From the human T2T-CHM13v2.0 reference genome, Homo sapiens, in assembly GCF_009914755.1 (NCBI RefSeq), contig NC_060938.1: 64,000 nt of DNA; one strand, given 5' to 3'. Numbering within the stretch: the stretch's first letter is position 1; each line of letters begins with the position of its first letter. The position numbers and the translations under genes were made by a program. A model generated the notes under the pieces. That model ran no database searches. It was given only the letters and a program-made list of their open reading frames with translations, and was not told the origin of the DNA. Positions 11,558 through 26,848 of the stretch are shown one piece after another.

Positions 11558-12699
11558 AACACCTCGTTTTGTTTGTAAAGTGCCACGTGGCGGCTTCTCT
11601 TTCTGGTTCCCAGCAGAGAAGTGACCAGGGGTCACCACATAGAGCTGGGCCCTGCATAGGGTCTCCCAGCCAAGGGGGTGAATGGGGGTATGAATCCAAC
11701 CTGTGTTCCTCTTGCCAAGCTTGTGCCCATGAGGCTGCCTCTGACAAAAGGGGCATCTTTTTCTAGTGCTCACACAGGCGCCATATTGGTCCTGGGTGAG
11801 ATAACATGGTGGAGTGAAATGCAGTGGACCCATAGGCCTTCTGCCATCCTTTCAAAGGGGTAGAAGTCTGAGGAATACCCTTCCTCAGATAACAGCAACT
11901 ATGACCAGCCTGGCCCACACCATTTCAATTTCATGGCTGTTGTCTCATTTTGTTCTGTTATCCCTCTGAGGTGTGTAGCCCGAGTGTCATTTCAGTGTTG
12001 AGGAAGTTGGGGCCCAGGGAAGTTAAATGATGTGTGACGGTCACCCAGCTGTTGAGTGGCAGGGCCAAGAGGGGATTGCAGCCTAATTTCAGATCTTGTG
12101 CTCTTCATTCTTTCCTCGAAGTGTCAAGGGCTGATTACCAATCTTGTTGCCCCACCAACCCCTTGCTTTTTTGTGGTTTCTGAGCCTGAAGCAAATCACT
12201 GGTTTGGACCCTTCACTTGGGGCCCTGGACATGGCAGGAGGTGGCCTGAGCGTGCCCGGCCCTGGCTGAGGTCAGTGGGGGCCTCCTGCCTCTCTGAGCC
12301 CCTTGCCAGGCATTCTGGAGCCAGCAGCGCTGTGGTTCTGAAACAAGAAGCCTTCAGCAGTTCTCTGACTCTTTTTTCCTTCCCCTCAGGAAGTCAAGTT
12401 GGGGATTTTATGAGCTAATGTAACTATTTACCCAGAGGCCGCTGGAAGACTATAAAGGGATGATTGATTAATTGATTAATTTTACATGTGGAGGAGATGA
12501 GTTAGAAGTAACCCTACTGTAAAGCAGTCTGAGATGGGGCCTGGTGGGCAACACCTTTCCCAAGGTCCCAGAGACAGGTTAGGGACTTGGAGCAAGAGCC
12601 CAGGGCACCCAGGAAAAAGGGGCAGGCACATTTTCTTCCACTTCATGGGGTGAAATCCACATTCCCTGCTTGTAACCTTTGGGGAGGAGGTTCAGAATA

Positions 12700-12930
12700 A
12701 TAACAGTAACAATAAGCACTTGGCAGGTGCTGAAGAGGGCCCGGGAGCCCAGCTCTGACATTCTCTTAACCCTCCATGTCAGCTCCTCCAGGTTGATGTT
12801 ACCATCCTCAGCACAGATGGAGAAAAGCTGCTGCAGGGAGCTTCAGTAACTTGCCCAGGTCACCTCCTGCTGGTGACTAGGCCAGGATCCCGGATCTGTC
12901 TGCCTCCAAAGCTTGTGCTCTTGTTCTTCC
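12700..12930 (-). mobile_element. MIR SINE
   Basis: cagatggagaaa...agtaacttgcccaggtcac...tctgcctccaaagc. Confidence 0.65.
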
Positions 12931-13944
12931 AGACCCTGCCTTTCACATGACAGAGCTGTGGGCCAGGCTGTGTCCTATTTGTGTCTGCATTCCCAGCTCT
13001 TTGCACAGCACATGGCACAGAGCTTAACCTCAAAAATCTCTATTGAACAAGAAGTATGGCCACAAGCACATGGGGAGTTTTGAGTTTGTAGGGTTCCAAG
13101 ACATGGTGGAGCTTAAAGGGTATCCTGTCCAAGGAGTGCAAACTGAGGCCCAAGAAGGGAAAGGACCTATCCAAGGCCATGTTACCCATTTGTGGCCTGG
13201 CAGGGACCCCTGTCAGGTGCCTTATCCCATGCTTTTGTACATTGGGATTTGTCACTGGTCTTCCTGGGCTGCTTGTAGGGCAGAGGTGGGCATCTCTGCC
13301 CTGCCTTTAACCTTCCCCTGCTTTTTGCCTGTTCTAGAACTCTCTGGAAGCCATTTGGAGGTGAGGAAGAGGGAAGAGTAGTGGGTTAGAGCACAGGGAA
13401 CAATTCTGGGACCTCTGGGTGTGAGACCCTTCTTCTCCCCTCCCCCAGTGCTTCTCCCTCCTGCCTGGAGGGGCTGTTTATGGTGCTCCAATGACAGCCT
13501 CTCTCCTCCGAAGGGATAATTTCTCAGGCTCTGCCTGCTGATTAGACCTGGAATTTAAATGAATAACTGTGACCTTGTGGAAGTGCCCTAGTTATTCAGA
13601 GGCCCGATGAGGAAATAGGCCTCCTGCTTCCATCCATCAGAGCCCTGGCAGGCACTGTGGGAGGGGCTCCTGTCTGCTGGGCCCCCAGGAGGCCTCCGTC
13701 TGCTGTTGCCAAAGGAACAGATACCTTTGCTGGAGCCTTCCCCTACCCGCTCTTGATCTCCGCCCCGTATTGTGTTCCTCCTCCATTGTAAGTCATCTCA
13801 GGCTGTCCTTGGGGAGGGGACCTGATTATGTGTCCTGGGCCTTGCCCTGTCTCCAGGGAGCCACTCAGTCCAGCCTGAACCCAAAGCTTGGAGACAGCTC
13901 TAGTCTGACTTTTGTTTGTGGACACAGAGGGGATGCACTTGAAG

Positions 13945-14062
13945 CTTGTTGCTCACAGGGCGACCTGCAGAACCGACCAGCAGATTCTCAGGCCTGCTGA
14001 ATCAGAATCTGCATTTTATCAGGACCTCTAGGTGTATACTCATTAAAGTTTGAGCCACACTG
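13945..14062. mobile_element. MER5A-type hAT-Charlie fragment
   Basis: ctgaatcagaatctgcatttt...aaagtttgag.cacactg. Confidence 0.7.
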
Positions 14063-14346
14063 AGCTCAAATTCCCACTCTCTCCTCCCATTTGGGACCAA
14101 CAGGGCTGTCTTTACTGAGAAGTTGCGGTTCACCTTGCGAAAGCCCTCGTCTTCCTCTCTTGTGCTGGGCACAGAATGAGATATCTGATCTGGTTGTGGG
14201 GAGGAAGAAGAAGAACGAGATTAGGGAAGGGAACGAGAATGAACACTTACTGACCACTTAGTCTGCGCTGGTCACTGTTCAGGCACACTCTGTCTGACAT
14301 GTTACATCTTTCATGTAGATGTAAGGCAAGATAGCATAGGATGGAG

Positions 14347-14988
<642 letters not shown>

Positions 14989-14994
14989 GTCTCT

Positions 14995-15160
14995 ATCATG
15001 GCACTGTGACCTATTCAAGTTACTTTACCTTTGTGGGGGTTCCACTTCTTTCATCTGCAAAATGGGGACAATAAGAGAACCTACCTCATGGAGTTGTTTC
15101 GAGCTTGTGTTAGAACAGTGCCTGGCACATAGTTAGCCATATATAAAATAGCTATTAGTA
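14995..15160 (+). mobile_element. MIR SINE
   Basis: catctgcaaaatggggacaata...cctacctcat...ttagaacagtgcctggcacatag. Confidence 0.8.
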
Positions 15161-15164
15161 TAAA

Positions 15165-15611
15165 TGTGAAAGGAAAATAAATCTTGGGGCCCCCAAATCA
15201 CTAAAGGGAAAAGTCAAGCTGGGAACTGCTTAGGGGAAACCTGCCTCCTATTCAAAGCCACCCCTCTGCTCGCTGAGATAGATGCATATCTGATTGCCTC
15301 CATTGGAAAGGCTAATCAGAAACTCAAAAGAATGCAACCCTTCATCTCTCACCTTTCTGTGACGTGGAAGCCCCCTCCTCTCTTCTTGCCTTTGCTTCAA
15401 GTTGTCCCGCCTTTCCAGACCTAACCAATGTACTTCTTACATACATTGATTGATATCTCATGTCTCCCTAATATATATAAAACTAAGTTGTGCCTGGACC
15501 TCCTTGGGTACGTGTCCTGCTGACTTCCTGAGGCTGTGTCAGAGTGGGTCCTCAACTTTGGCAAAATAAACTTTCTAAATTAACTGAGACCTCAGATTTT
15601 CGGGGTTCACA
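15165..15611 (+). mobile_element. MER4A-type ERV1 solo LTR
   Basis: tgtgaaaggaaaataaatcttgggg...ggcaaaataaactttctaaatt...ttcaca; TG...CA ends and a near 4-bp TSD (taaa/taag). Confidence 0.88.
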
Positions 15612-16399
15612 TAAGTTATCCATTTGATCCTTTAAGCACATGTTTCCATTTTATAGATGAAAATACTTTGGCTCAGAAAGGTTTTTTTAAAAACGGAAAA
15701 TCAACCCACCGTTGTAGCTGTGTCTTGGTCTCCCTAATTGTCTTGAGGCATGCTCCTGTGCAGTGCCGTAGAACCTCCCCAAACACACCTGCTGTTCTCT
15801 CCTGTCTCATATTCTCTCCCATCTGTCCTGCCCTTTGTGCTTGCAGTCAAGAGGTCCCTCAAACTTAGATCCCAGCCATTGTTCTCAAGTGGGGCTTAGG
15901 AACCAGTAAAAAGGGGCAAAGGAGACCAATATTTTGTAGAGAACCCACAGTGTGCCAGGCACCTACCACTTCACCAATGAAGAACCTTGAGCTCCAAGAC
16001 ATTGCATCCTTTGCCCAAGGTCAGAAGCAGGGATGGTAAGTTTCAGAATGTAAATGCAGGTCTGGAATTCTGCTTGGTAGTTCTGCCACTTTTCCCAGGA
16101 GGTGTACGCCCTTGGGCAAGTCATGTAACCTCTCTGGGCAATAGGCTTCTTTTCTTTAACCTGATAGATTAGAATCAGATGACCTTTCAGGCTTCTTTGA
16201 TTCTGAGGCTGTATGCTTAGACCATCTGACTGAGATACCTTGGGGAATAGCAACCAGGAGAATGCCTTCTCCATTACCAAAGACTTCAACCTCCTAACTC
16301 TAGTAGTACCTATGAGATATTTTGTTTTTTCTTTGCTATTCTTTGGGGCAATACTCTTACTTGCTTTTCTTCCTTATTACTTTATGAGAAAAAAACACT

Positions 16400-16610
16400 T
16401 GAAATTGTTGAGCTTGTATTTTAAGCCAGGCATGGAAATATTAAGTATTACATGCCTCATTTAATGTTTTTGACATCCCTAGGAGGTAAATTGCTATTTG
16501 GCCCATTTCACCCATGAACCAATTGAGGCTCAGGTACAATAAGTACCTCACTGATACAACCCAGTAAAAAGTAGTGGAACAGAATGCAAACCCTGGTAGG
16601 TGCGGCCCAG
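16400..16610 (-). mobile_element. MIR SINE
   Basis: cctcatttaatg...gcccatttc...gaggctcag. Confidence 0.55.
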
Positions 16611-17814
16611 GAGACATCTCCTAGGGAGTTCCACTAGAGTGTACACTTCACAAAGGTACACTGGTGTTTACAACTGTGCCCTCTTAGCCTAGAACTCTGA
16701 CAATACATTGCAGGCACAGAAAAACACTTCCTGAATGAATCAACAGTGCTTAGGACTCAGCTCTTTGTTTTATCCCACATCCTGCTGAAAGAAAGTCCGC
16801 TTTTTATTGGGGTTCACCCTGAGACAGAAGGTAATTGAATGAATCTTTATTCAGTGCCCATCTTGGGCTTGGCTCAGTGGGAGATGGAGGCTGCAGGGAA
16901 ATCTACCTCCATTGCGTGTAATTAGATTGGAAGGGGGCCCTCAGCTGGGCTAACAGTGCTCAATTCCCAGCCAATTGCCTGGCTGGGGCCCAGGAAGACC
17001 CCCCTGGCTCCTGTAGCTGTTCTCGATGAGTAAGTGTGAGTAAGGAGCTGCTTCTCAACCTGCCTCCAGCTTTGGCTCACTCAGGGATGCAGATCACTGG
17101 GCCTTGGTGCTTTTTTCTAGAGCCGTTAGAAATCCCTCCTTTATTGTCTTAGGCAGACCCACCGGGGTATTGGTTATGGTCACATTTCATTTCCCAGTTC
17201 TGGAGGGCAAGGCCAGAGTTTTAGCTGGAAAAATCATTTGTGGTATCCTGCCCCTGACCCTGCCAAATGGGCGGAGGTGTTTATTTGTTGCTCCAGTGTT
17301 GAGGGCAGCAGTGGCATTTAGAAGGAAGGGATAATGAATGTTAAATGTGCTGTGATATGCAGAAGAGCCTCATTCAAAGTTTTGTGCTGCTCAAAATGTC
17401 ATTGATGAGACCATTGCGAGACTATTCTAGACCAGTTCCCTCCCTGTCCAGGAGGGGGAAATGAGGCAACAGACCTCCTACACGACTCAGCTAAGCCACA
17501 CAGCTAGTTTGGGACAGCCTTGGAGACCCTCCCAGTCTGCAGACCTGCCTAGGGAGGTCTGGTAAGGACGAGGCTAAGCTTGTCAGTTTGCTAGGCTAGG
17601 CCTCAGGAGGGGTGAGGAGGTGGAATGCAGCTGAGAGTCCAGGGCAGTGGGTCCCTTTATGGGGTAGCTTAGCTGACTGTGACGATGTAGGGAGGCATCT
17701 GAGGATGCACTGGGCAGGTGGTCCGCTAATGCTGCCAGCTTATTAGAGAAATGGTGTTGGCAAGAGATGGAGGGCAGGGCAGAGAGAGGACCTAGATAGA
17801 CCAGTCCCCTAAAT

Positions 17815-18060
17815 AATGGCAGCAATAACTACATGCTTTTGAGCCCTTCCTGTGTGCTAGGAACTGTGCTAAGTGTATTCCATGTGTGGTTACATGTGAC
17901 TGTCACAGTGATTCTGAAAGGATATTTTGCAGATGAGAGGCAGGAAATTTTACAGGTATTTTTCAGATGAGAGGCAGAAGGAAGTGCAAAGTTAACTTGC
18001 TCAGAAGTCCCACCATTAGTGAGAGGTGGAGCTGGAATTTGAATCCAGGCTTTGGATTAT
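17815..18060 (-). mobile_element. MIR SINE with an internal ~21-bp duplication
   Basis: actgtgctaagtg...cagatgagaggcag (twice)...gagctggaatttgaatccagg. Confidence 0.7.
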
Positions 18061-18067
18061 TGAGAGC

Positions 18068-18191
18068 AGTGGTCTGCAAACTCTGGTATGCATCAGAATC
18101 ACTTGGAGAGCTAATGAATGAGATCCAGGCTCACTAAACTAGGATAGTTCTCCCAGGTGATTCTAATACAACCAAAGTTTGAGAATCACTG
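18068..18191. mobile_element. MER5-type hAT element, internally deleted
   Basis: cagtggt...aaact...catcagaatcac...cccaggtgattct...aagtttgagaatcactg. Confidence 0.7.
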
Positions 18192-18940
18192 TTTTAAAAT
18201 AAAGTCATCTTGAAGATGAAGGGACCTGAAAGCTTCACTCTTCACCATAATTTTATACTCCCACATATATCATGAGTAGTGTGGGAGATTGTGAAGAGGA
18301 AGTAGAAGGGAAGATGGGATGATGATCTTCCTTTGAGTTCCCCATGGCTTTTAGGCCATAGGTCTAGTAAAGCCATCATGATGATACACCATAGTCAGCT
18401 GTGTATTTTCTGGCCCCCTTATCTGCTACCGTGGGCACTTGAAGGGCAGCAGTGTCTTACTCTTTGAGAACAGAGATTTATCCATGCATGTATCCCCACT
18501 ACCTGCCACATTGTAGGTGCTCATAAACCTGTGGTTAGAATCAGCATTTCAAGGAAGGAAGAGGCCCAATAGATTGTCAAGGCTCTCTGTGCACCTAATT
18601 TTTGAATCTCTTCTGTAAGAGTTGATTCAGACTTGGCTTGGACCCTTTCAGAGATGAGCAACTCATTGCTCCTTTAGCTTTTCCATTCCATTCCAACAGC
18701 ACTGAACATTTGAAAGCTCTTTCTTATCTCTAGTTGCTATAGCCTCCACCACCTGTATGGCTTCCAGCCCTTGGAGACACACAGAATAGCTCTAATTACA
18801 CTCCTAGTGTTTGAAGACAGGGCTTTTGCCTTTAAGGATCTTCTTTTCTAAAGGCTAAAACATCTCCAGTTTTTTTTTTAAGCATTCTCCTACAAGGGGT
18901 TTTAATTCTTTCTTCCAGGTCATTGTTCTCTGAAAAATGA

Positions 18941-19345
<405 letters not shown>

Positions 19346-19435
19346 TGGACTCCCTTTTTCTAGATTAGATATCTATTAATGACAGCACCAAACACCTTAG
19401 CCTTAATAAAAAAAGATTATAGTATTAATTGAACT

Positions 19436-19489
19436 TAATGTCAGTGAAAGTCTTTACTATTGTAATGTCAGTGGAAGTCTTTACTATTT
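19436..19489. repeat. 27-bp tandem duplication
   Basis: taatgtcagtg(a/g)aagtctttactatt twice. Confidence 0.9.
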
Positions 19490-20699
19490 TTGTGCCCATT
19501 TCTCTCCCTTTCCTGGACTTGTGCAGTTGGTTTATTTAACTAAAGCTTGGGATCATTCTTTGACTTTGTTAAATCCAGCTTTGGATTTTAAAAATCCATC
19601 ACACCATGATCTATGTGGGTGCAGTGCTTTTATCTAGCACATCAGCTGTCCCTTCTAGCTTCATGTCATTCATCAATGAAGAACTATTTTAGGGAAGTTC
19701 ATGACAGCTGGAGAGCAAAGACTTTCTTTCCTTTGGAATGATTCTTTTCTAAAAGTCATTACTGCTGCTCCTTTGGCCCCTAGAGTGATGGCATAACTAC
19801 CTTTGTCTCTCTGTCTTCCACAGCATTAATGCATGAGGAAGCCTCACCACTCCTTCCCCACTAAGAGATGGAATAGCTTGGGAATATGCTGGAGACATTC
19901 TTTCCCCTACACTGTAGTTAGGCCATACAGAAGCTGTTGGTTACTCATGGGCATGATAGGAAGAAACCCTTTCTGTTCAGTCCAGCCACCTTGCCATAAG
20001 AACAATATTGGTCTAGTGGCAAACAGTGAGTGGGCTGGTATGATTACATGGTACAAAAGGCTAGGTGGTGAGGACTGAACATGGTAGTATCATGGAAGGG
20101 CAAAACCCAGAGGCTGGAATCTGGGCAACCCCTATCTTGGAGAATTAGCAGCAGGATCTCTCTCTTCTGAGTCTCTGGAAATCATCATCATCATCAGTCC
20201 AGCAATTCGATCCATTCTCAGTGCTCTGTAAAGCTTGCATAAAAGCCAAAATCCTGTATGTAAATCCTATATGATTATCCTGAGTGTTAGCTCATAATTG
20301 CTGTTAGGTGATTATTTGAAGCTTTGTATAGCTTGGCTGTAGTGGTGACAGGCTATTGTTGAAGTCTGCCATTCTGATTATGGGTAGCATTCTCAGGGGA
20401 TTTCAGCCATTTAAACCACCATTTTTATAGGTCAAAACAAGTCACCTATCAGCAGTTTAATACAGTCCTGCCCAATATGTTGCTTGGTGTCTTTGGAGAT
20501 CATCAGAATTCATAGAGGCAAAGAATCTTAGAGTTGGGAGGACTTTCTGGTAATTATCTCCTACAACCTCATTCTGACTCTTTTTTATGGCATTTCTGGC
20601 AAATAAAATTTCCCTTATTATTTTACTCTCTGTTCATGCCAAATGTGCTTGTTTTTTTTTTTCCATCATGCATGTACAACTTTAAAAACGCTCGATGGG

Positions 20700-21113
<414 letters not shown>

Positions 21114-21569
21114 CTAGGTATTCTCCTTTGGAATTAATACTCCACTTGACTAATGCCTCCCCTAATGTATGGCAACATACACTGAACCAAAACCCTATAT
21201 CTGGTATAGACAATGCTGAGAAAAGGTGAGACTTTTGAACATTTTTATTCTGGTAGGTAGAGGATTGCACTTAAGTGCCAAAATTTACATTTAGCCCTTA
21301 AAATTAAATTTCACTTTTGCCTGTTCTCATCCTTTTGGACCCTAATTCTTATATCTAACAAATTAGTTATTTTCAGGTTGAGGTCATCACAACATCAAGA
21401 CAGCATGCCATGAATGTCTTCAGACACATCATTGATCCAAATGTGGAGCAGGCCTAGGCTCTGCTGTAAGGAACTAGTGAACCCTGGGCAGAAAAAGTAG
21501 ATTCAGGTTCACAGTGAAGGTCAGGGAATTACTCAGGGAAGGGCTGGTCTGAGACAAAATTATGGATTT

Positions 21570-21713
21570 CACCTGTAATCGCAACTACTCAGGAGGCTGA
21601 GGTGGGAGGTTCACTTGAGCCCAGGAGTTTAGGGCTGCAGTGAGCCACGATCCACGATTGTGCCACTGCACTCTAGCCTGGGCAACAGAGTGAGACCTTG
21701 TCTCAAAAAAAAA
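21570..21713 (+). mobile_element. 5'-truncated AluJ right arm (FRAM-like)
   Basis: cacttgagcccaggagttt...gagaccttgtctc followed by poly-A. Confidence 0.9.
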
Positions 21714-22289
21714 GGGGGACTTAGGTAGAAGGTTTCTTCTAACCCTTCCCCTTTCCTGTAAACATTCTTCTCAATCCCACGCTGTCTCCTGTGCCCTGCC
21801 TCCTGCCCATGGTGGCAGACTTCTTCAGTCTGCATGTCTCTTGAGTTTCTCCATTCAAAAGCTCCTGTGCATGCCCCTGTCTTGGATGAGAGACCTTTAA
21901 CCTGGCTGGCCTGATGATCTCATACATGACAGTATCCGTGACTGAGGAGTCTGAGTGGGTCTCATGTTTAAATTTGCGTTTTAAAGAGAGAAGTGGCTTT
22001 ATGCCACTAGATAACTTGGGAAAGGAAGAATTTCATGTTTTAGTAGATTCTGTGGATGAGGATTGAGGAAAGGGAGAAGACAGCCATTTAAAAGGGCTTC
22101 CCAGGGCCCTTTAAACCATGCTGAGCCAGGGTCATAAATGAAGCTGATGTCTAGGCACGATTTTCTGCTTCTGGATTCTCTGAGATATGTCTCCTTTCTT
22201 CTCCATTAGCACTGAACTAGAGGGGGTAACTGGTGTCATGGTTACCATCACAGGCTGGAAAGTCCATCTGCTGGTGCAGAGTCCTCACT

Positions 22290-22455
22290 TCACCCCTCAC
22301 TAAGGTAGTGTGACTTTAGCTCTCAGCTTCGGTTTTCTCACGTGTAAAATTAATGGTATAGCAATGTCTTTCCCATAGAGCTGTATTTAATGAGATAACA
22401 CATAGCCATGTCTCGTCTGTGATAAACAACCAGCAGATATTAGCTGTTATTGTAA
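22290..22455 (+). mobile_element. MIR SINE
   Basis: tgtgacttt...tttctcacgtgtaaaat...tgagataac...tattagctgttatt. Confidence 0.6.
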
Positions 22456-24259
22456 TTCTCTTTACCAAGTTAACTGAATTCCGTCTCTTTAGTGCTTAAA
22501 ATGCTAAGATGTGTATTTCAACTGGAAGATGAAATTCTTCCTTTCCCAGGTCATTTTTGGGAGGGTTATCAAGCCACTTTCCTCTTTAAAATGCAAATTG
22601 AACAACATGGCTTTTTTTCCCTTTTCTCTCTTTTCCAAATTCCTGGTCACCCTACAGACACTTTTGGCTTCTGCAAATTTGGGGGCCCACCCTCTTCCCC
22701 CTTCAGTATCTACTGAGTTCTTCCAGAAACATCAGGTGAATGTTTCTATGACCTTCTGATTTTGCGTAATTACTCTTTTAAAAAGTCCTTGTGGCTTCAT
22801 AAGAATTCATCGTTGGCACTTGGCACTTGCAGCAATTAGTGACATTTAATTTCTCTACTTCGCTATGAAAAAAAGAGATGATATATGTGGATTTTTCACT
22901 GAGATAAAAGTTACTCTGAAAGCGAGTGAAATAAAAGTCTTGGCAGAGATAACTTTTTTTTCGTCTTTTCTGAATCTTTTTCTTTTTTTCTCCCCTTGTG
23001 AGTGACTTCCTTCCTTCCCCGAAATGCTTTTGCCAATTACCCAGCCAGGGTGAAGGAAAGAAGAATGGATTTGAAAACCATCTGAGGTGGGTGGGATATT
23101 ATAGATTTAAGGGGGAGACAATATTAGCTTAAATGATGGAGGCCTTCAACTTCTGGCCTGGTTCCTGAACATTACATCTTCCTCTTGCCTGTTTCAGTAA
23201 ATGGTTTCTATTCTCTGTATTAGTCATTCTCATGACAGGCTTCATGATGGCCACAGCCGCTTACAAATGACTTTGCTTTCATAGCCATTTCCATTTTCCC
23301 GAGCTGCAAAAGCAGCTATAGCTATCTCCATGGGGATTTTCCCAAAGGGTGTAACATAGTTTAGAGGGCCTTACGTGTACTTTGCATATAATTTACATAT
23401 GATTTGCAGTCTATTCTAAGGCAATTTCAACTTTGTATGCCTTATCTCCTGGTGATCTTTTTCTCCTCTTATTCCTCTATGTACCCTGAGAACCTGTGCG
23501 CCACAGATAGGCAGGTACAAGAAGGGTGGAATATATTAACAGGACTAGAAAGAGGGAGGTGGAAGGGTCAAAAGTATCAGACATCCTGTTGGGATCCAGC
23601 TGGAGTAGCACTTTTTCAGGGTGTGACATCAAACGGGAGACACTTCCGTTGCTTTCTTATATTTTTGTAATTATTTTTTAAAAAAGGAATTGTAGTTCCA
23701 TAAGAATTTGACATTGGCAATTCTTAATTTCCTTAGCTGAACTTTAATGGTGCTGCATTTTGAGTCATAGCTGAAGATCTGTTCAAAGCCAGAGCCGATG
23801 GTGAGACTGTTTTGGAAAGGTGTGGTCCCCTCTGCTTCCATGAGCCCCCGTTTTAGCCTGTGCCTTTTCTTTTGGCAGCCCTGGAATATCAAACCCAGAA
23901 TAAATGCCAAACTCCAAAACCAGCCAGGGTGCTTGTCCTAGGGCTGGCAGTGTGGCCTGGGAGATTGCTGCTGATGGGCATGCATTTTGACCCCGTTTCT
24001 GAGGTCGACTAGAAGGTCCATCTTCATTTTTACCCCTTCCTCATCTACAACATACAGAATGCATGCCTAGCATAGACTCTGTTTCCTTTGTTGCTAATTA
24101 TATCCTACTCAGTTAAGATTTTTTGAGCATTATTTTCTATAATTTATGTTGGAAAGCCATATAGTTCCTTTTCCTTTTTTTTGAATGTAAAATTATTTCA
24201 ACATTTATATCTTAATGTTGAATATGCTTGGAAAAAAGAACCTCCAGGATATCTTAATA

Positions 24260-25290
24260 TTTCCCCACTCCTCCCAGGTTAAGACTCAGGGCTCCAACCC
24301 CTTTTCCTTTGAGGTGTCATTCACTGACACAGGTGCTGACCCTCTCATCTATGAATGGGGTTGTGAGAAGCCCTTATATTAATATTTGTCCTGACTCTCT
24401 CTCAGACTGTAGTCTTACATTGTTAAGGGCACACTGGATCTTTTGCTTGACTGATTCCTCCTTTCAGCTCTTTATGTGTCATACAGAACTTATTATCCCC
24501 ACCACCTTGAATCCATCCCCCTACTCCATCCCACCTTCCTATTTCTGTTACTGTTTCCCCCAGTCTCCCATCCACCACTCTCCTAAAGGATCTCATCCAT
24601 CACTGAAGCCTGTTCAATCCTCTTTTTTCTTTTCTTTCCCACTGCCATGATACTAATGTAGGTCCTTCCCCTGTAACTGAACTCTGTGCCTCCGTCTCTT
24701 TCCCCCTGATCCATCTCGTTCACAGTATTGCAAAAATAATCTTCTTCAATAACATCTTCCTTGGGTTTTTCTTTTGCCCATGAACCCTCAATGTCTCCCA
24801 TCAATGACAAGATCAAGTCCACTTTGCTTAGCCTTGAAACTCCAGACCTCCATACTCTGATTCTTAGGATCATCTTTCCCTTTTTCCTTATATGAACTAT
24901 GCATATGTATTCATTCCTTTATTTGTATAGCATGCTGTTACGTCTCAACCATGTACCTGGCAGTGTCCTGGTTGCTTCTGAAAAGCTAAACAGAAAAGTC
25001 CTTACCAATGCACTTTATGATCCTGGTAGCCCATGCTGCTACCTGGAATGTCCTCCATCTAAACCCTAAACCATTTTCCAAGACCTGTTAAAAATTCCTC
25101 TGTCCTCCAGAAACCTTTTCTGAGCACCTGGAACCCTCTTTATAGTCCCTACTGGTCTTATTGTCTGAATTAATCATTTGACACTTAGGAATTATCCATT
25201 CACTCATTCAATCATCAAACACACACTGAACACTTATTGTCTGTCAGGTACTATAATAGGTGTTGCCTTACATGTCAGTACATTTCCATA
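24260..25290. mobile_element. Cluster of degraded L2 fragments in both orientations
   Basis: Pyrimidine-rich L2 internal sequence plus L2 tails (cattcactcattcaat...gaacactta). Confidence 0.55.
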
Positions 25291-25337
25291 GCATAATAAA
25301 AATAACATCAACAACAACTGTTATAAAGCTCGTGTCA

Positions 25338-25648
25338 GGCTGGGCGTGGTGGCTTATGCCTGTAATCCCAGCACTTTGGAAGGCTGCAGCGGGCAGATCA
25401 CCTGAGGTCAGGAGTTCGAGACCAGCCTGGCTAACATGGCAAAACCCCGTCTCTGCTGAAAAATACAAAATTTAGCCAGGCATGGTGGCACACACCTGTA
25501 ATCCTAGCTACTCAGAAGGTTGAGGCAGGAGAATCACTTGAATCTGGGAGGCAGAGGTGGCAGTAAGCCAAGATTGCACCATTGCACTTTAGCCTGGGCA
25601 ACAGAGTGAGATTCCGTCTCAAAAAAAAAAAAAAAAAAAAAAGAAAAA
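25338..25648 (+). mobile_element. AluSx-like
   Basis: Full-length Alu with a long poly-A tail. Confidence 0.97.
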
Positions 25649-25649
25649 G

Positions 25650-25850
25650 CTCCTATGTGTAGGCACAAATTTGTATATGTTAATCCTCAAAGTAACTTTT
25701 GAGGTAGGCATTATTATTAGTCAAATTTTATGATAGGAAAATCAAGGCAAAGAAATGTTTAACAACTTTCCTAGCGTCACAAGTTAGAAAGTAGCACAGA
25801 TGAAAATCAAACCTGGCTCTGAAGTCCTTGATCTTAACCCCCATGCATCA
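25650..25850 (-). mobile_element. MIR SINE
   Basis: taatcctca...gaggtaggcattatt...cttaacc. Confidence 0.65.
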
Positions 25851-26657
25851 CTGTCAGGTATGAGTATATATGGCAAATGTGTGTGTGTGTAAATATAAGC
25901 ACATGCATACCTTCGCAGCTAGACTGAACTCTAGAGGTCAGGGATGATGTCCCACACTTACTTGTATCCCCACTACCTTATTCAGTCTATGCATGTGGTA
26001 GATACATGAATTGTTTGGATGATTGGTTGTTGGTACTTCCATTCACTGTTGAGGGGCTTGAGATTTTTAGCAACAAGTAGGAGTGTTTTGAGGTAGAAGG
26101 CGGAGAAGCAGAATTTCAAAATAGACCTGGGCATGATGGAATTCTTGGTTTCCAGTTTTTAACTCTGCAAGCTCTGAGGACAGGTTTGTGCAAGAAAATG
26201 TACTGATGTAAAAGCCCTTGAAAGTGGAAGATAATTCTTTTCTCAAAAAGCAAAATAAAACAAACCGTATTATGGTTACATGGTTTCTCCCCCCAGTCCT
26301 GTTTCCTGTCACACTGATTCATATCCATTTTGCTTTATTGGCTATAAAACCAAAGTTTTGGCATCAGGATCGTGTATCTCGTTTTCTGGCCTAGTATTTC
26401 TATTTAAGGGTTTTATAAGTTGAATATGAACATTTTATTTGAGTGGCAATACTGCAACTACATATGTAGTTTAATAAAACCTGATAAGTACATATTTGAA
26501 TTTTAAAAACACAGGTGGTGAGTTATTTGCATTTTAAAAGGATTCTTCCCTTTACAAAAGGGTCCACTGCAGGGTTCTATTAAATATCCAATTCCCCTTA
26601 GTGCATTTATTATATGATTTAATTTACCAAAATTTGATTTATATGCCACTCTAAAGG

Positions 26658-26848
26658 GGTAGCTCTCAAGTTCCAGTAAGCATGGGAATCACTTGGGCAA
26701 CTTGTTTAAAATTCAGATCTGGCCCCCACTCCTTCCCAAAATTCTGATTCATTAGGTCTTGGTTCGTGAAGCCCAGGATCTTCGTTTTTTAATAACCATC
26801 TCCAGGTGGCCGATGTAGATTGTCAGTGAAATACACTTTGGGAAGCAT
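26658..26848. mobile_element. MER5A-type hAT element
   Basis: gaatcacttggg...attctgattcattaggtct...acactttgggaagca. Confidence 0.7.
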
